From Mytilus trossulus (Eukaryota), in NCBI RefSeq assembly GCF_036588685.1, contig NC_086379.1:83762001-83826000 (forward strand): a stretch of 64,000 nucleotides of DNA. Direction: 5' to 3'. Below the pieces are notes generated by a model. It did not search any database and was not told the DNA's origin. It was given only the letters and a program-made list of their open reading frames with translations. This document shows, piece by piece, positions 60,261 to 64,000 of the stretch (positions are counted from its first letter, which is position 1; each line of letters begins with the position of its first letter). The position numbers and the translations under genes were made by a program.

Positions 60261-61704
60261 ATACTTCTTCAAATGTCAACACAAATATATTCTCCTTTGC
60301 TATAGTTCTGGTCTAGGGACATGTGCACATGAAACGCTAGAAAAGAGTTATTTTTATGTAACATAAAACAATGGATCAGCTCTGTGACTTCCTATTGATC
60401 TGCTTCAAACATTATCTTTTTGACAATATTTCCTGTAATCTTCTGTAATAGTTTAAAACCAGTCTTTCATTGAATTTTAGTTGCAATAAATTACAGTATT
60501 ATAAACATGTCTTTGTGAATGCTTCTGCCAACATTTATTAATTTTTATATATACAGTGCAACCTTTGTAATTCGACACACTGGAGGACCTGAAAAAAAGT
60601 TGAATTAAGCAGGGTGTCTGAATACTAAGGTATTTTTCCGAAAGGATAGGCATATTTTGGTACCAGAAAAATGTGTTGGTGAAAGCAGGATGTTGGAATA
60701 CTCAGGTAACAGATTAAGCATGTTACACTGTAAAAGATTTCTGATTGTATATATCAAACTCATGGGGTCTCATTTTAGTCAGAAACAGATGATGTACAAA
60801 TGTACTTGTTTGATGCAGATGTCCATTTCCAAAAATTACTGTCCAGTCAGATGGGGTCGTTTAATTTGATGACTCACGTATACAGTGCCACACACCCTGT
60901 ACTTTAAGAATCCTTGCAACAGCTTTTTGATTGGTCCGTCAACAATCTGTTGCAAGGCTTAATTACAGTCCCTATCCAATTTACCCTCATTTTCTGTGAC
61001 ATACTACATGTATATACAAGAGTGCATACAATGAAATGTCTCGTTAACTAAGCATTGATATTATGATGATAGTCCTAAATATAATTCTTACTACAACTAT
61101 CACATAAACTTAACCTGATCCAAGAAAATGAGGTCAAGGTCAGGTAAAAAATACATGTACACCTGACTATCATTCAATACACTAAATATATTTGACCTAT
61201 AGCTACTGCTTAGTTTCCAAGATACAGGCTTAATGAAGAAAACTAAACATTGACAAATCAACCATGAAAATGAGGTCAAGGTCAGATGAACCATGCCAGG
61301 TATACATGTACACCTTAACATTAATCTATGCAAAGGTTAATATAGTTAACCTTTTGCTTATAGAATCTATGAAACAAACTTTCCCATGAAAACTTAACAT
61401 TGGCCAATAAACCAACAAAATGAGGTCAAACGTCAGATGATACCTGCCAGACAGATATATAAAGCTTACAATCATTCCATACAGCAAATATGGAAGAACT
61501 ATTGCATACATTATAAGAAATAGAGACCAAAACACACAAAAAACTTAACTATAACCACCAAACCATAAAAATGAGGTCAAGGTCAGAAGACACCTGCCAT
61601 TTGGACATGTACACCTTACAATCCTTCCATACACCAAATTTACTAGACCTAGTTTGATTATAGTATCTGATATATGGAGTTTAGTCTAAGTGGCATAATT
61701 TTTT

Positions 61705-62252
61705 TATTAGTTTTTAGTGGCTTTGAACTAGCTGTCAGATAACTGCGAGTACTCTCAGATGATCAGATCTGTTCATTATGTCTTTTTGAGTTGTGATGTA
61801 TAAGTACCTTGCCACGTCCACTTTTATTTTTGTCTATCTGATGAGTTAAGCCATTTTCAACTAATTTTTATAGTTTGTTCTTATGTTGTAATGTTATACC
61901 ACTGTCCCAGGTTAGGGGAGGGTTGGGATTCCGCTAACATGTTTAACCCCACCACATCATTTATGTATGTGTCTGTCCCAAGTCAGGAGTCTGTAATTCA
62001 GTGGTTGTCGTTTGTTTATGTGTTACATATTTGTTTTTCGTTCATTTTTTTCTAACATAAATGCGGCCATTAGTTTTTCGTTTGAATTGTTTTACATTGT
62101 CTTATCGGGGCCTGTTATAGCTGACTATGGGGTATGGGCTTTTCTCATTGTTGAAGGCCGTACGGTGACCTATAGTTGTTAATGTTTGTGTCATTTTGGT
62201 CTTTTGTGGATAGTTGTCTCATTGGCAATCATACCACATCTTCTTTTTTATA
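61705..62252 (+). mobile_element. Nin-domain-type SINE inserted into a HINE-like element
   Basis: Contains GGGGAGGGTTGGGA...CATGTTTAACCCC...TGTCCCAAGTCAGGAG and the CTCATTGGCAATCATACCACATCTT tail. Confidence 0.8.
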
Positions 62253-63004
62253 TTGACCACCAAAATTTAACCTTGTTCACTATCTTTGAAATGAGGTCAA
62301 GGTCTAGTGAAAACTGTCTGACATGGCATGAGGACCTTGCAAGGTCCCACATATCAAATATACTTATCCTATAACTCATTTAAAGAGAGAAATATTTACA
62401 ATATCTTTTTTTCAAGTAGTCACTGAACCATGAAAATGAGGTCAAGGACATTGGACATTTATATGAATACATAGGCGGATCCAGGGGGACCCTGGGGGGC
62501 CAGACACCCCCTTTGGTGGGGAAAATTTGGTTGATTATATAGGGAATCAGTGAAGCATGACTGGAGCGACTCCCCCCTAGGTCAAGTTCTGGATCAGTCA
62601 CTGAAATGTAAATATATGAACAGTCCATAAAACACAACACAAATAATTATCTAACAACACAAAATTATGAAACAAGATTTTCTAAAAAATATTTATTTAA
62701 ACATTTACAAAGTTGAACAAAAAATGGATAACAAATGAAAACTTATTTGATTAATTATGGAATACATATAGATTCTTCAACAGTGGCCGTTTACATTTAT
62801 TAACAAAGATATGTTCATTCAGGAATGTTGAGTAAAATATGTATAAATATTATAATAAAAATTGCAATATATAAACTATCTATAAATCTCATAACTGAGT
62901 TAACATAATCTCAACATAATAAGCAGATCTACCTATTTTGCAAAAAATAAACCATATATCACCTATATCCCATTGTATGACGTTGACATTGCATTTCTGT
63001 AACA

Positions 63005-63229
63005 TGAGGGGCGGATCCAGCCATTTTAAAAAGGGTTGTTCACAACTCAGGATAAAGAAGGGAGTTCACAACTTAGGATAAAGGAGGGGGTTCACAACTT
63101 AGGATAAAGGAGGGTTCACAACTCAGGATAAAGGGGGGTTCCAATGTCCCAATTCAAATGCATTGATCGGCAAAAAAAAAAGGGGGTTCCAAGTTCCAAC
63201 CCCCAGACCCTCCCATGGATACTCCACTG
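63005..63229. mobile_element. GGCGGATCC-type MITE with internal ~26-bp x4 repeat; relatives at about 42125 and 62470
   Basis: GGGGCGGATCCAG...GGATACTCCACTG ends with TTCACAACTYAGGATAAAG repeated four times. Confidence 0.55.
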
Positions 63230-64000
63230 AACATCATTAAAAGTACAGGTTAGCAGAATTATTTAGTCATTCACTCCAAAATAAAAATAAAAAAGATTTT
63301 TCCTCCATGATTTAATTTTGAACAGTTTTAGGAGTTACAGTATATAAAGAAAAGCCATAAATTGCTTCAAATTATAAATTTCATTTGTGCTTGGCTCCAA
63401 CAGGATAGAAATGCTCAGTAAATCTTGCTTTCTATCTTGTTTTTAAGCATTGTAAAAGCAAAATCTATATTTCAAGACAATGGAAGGTTATTCTATATCC
63501 TAGTTTTTCTTATCTAACAAGAATGATGGGGGATAGGACCTTTATCAGGACTCCGGGATCAGGTGTATTTAAGCTCCAGATTTTGGGATCAGGACCCCTC
63601 CTATACCCCCTCAAGAATGGCAAAAAATCAAATCATTAGTATTGAATCTTACCACCATTTTTTTTCAGTAACACCATATTAAAATTTGAAAGCACAGGTC
63701 AAACATTTCATAACTTATTGCATGGAAATGATGTAAAGTGTCATTTTCTGAACTATGAAGGACCATAACAGTAGAAATAAAAATTGTTAATATCAAACTT
63801 AATCTCCTTTTGTCAAAAGTAACTTGTTTAAATTTAAAACCATTAGTTTCAAAAAAAGATTCATTAGTTATTGCGCAGAAACTGTTGGCTGCATCCCATT
63901 GTAGTTCCTTTTTTTGATACCCAGATTTTTCCTTAAAATACCTGATTTATAATAACTTTTATGGCAAGTTTATTTTGCAAGTTACTATGGCACAATAAAA

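Noticed and set aside
61838-61865. CTGATGAG inside the SINE as a second hammerhead core (also reverse at about 26912)
   Set aside because: No stem II followed by GAAA and no stem I pairing.
19493-62374. Recurring short ORFs ending in [10 protein letters not shown] (19493, 26502, 62186)
   Set aside because: Translations of the SINE 3' tail, not a gene family.

Overview
AT-rich animal genomic DNA. The repeat complement (Nin-domain-type SINE, Helentron-like HINEs, hairpin DNA elements) points to a bivalve mollusc, probably Mytilus-like (inference). Three spliced genes could be assembled by hand from GT-AG exons: the 3' five coding exons of an RNF216/TRIAD3-like RBR E3 ligase (+, 22277-28882), a complete 13-exon hexosaminidase D (HEXD, GH20; -, 33117-45994, 474 aa) and a complete 6-exon CYBC1/EROS homologue (+, 49999-55135, 204 aa). 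HEXD and CYBC1 are head-to-head. The first 22 kb, apparently one large RNF216 intron, is a nest of transposons, including a disabled two-ORF LINE flanked by a ~950-bp direct duplication. The most striking pattern is that five tandem duplications or arrays are built from gene-structure boundaries: three 5' splice sites (about 41x, 25x and 2x), one 3' splice site (10x) and one stop codon (4x). In all three donor cases an in-frame stop lies between the real donor and the first decoy donor. Also seen: a minimal type I hammerhead ribozyme, and an 86-bp fully palindromic MITE with a 9-bp TSD in the HEXD/CYBC1 divergent promoter region.
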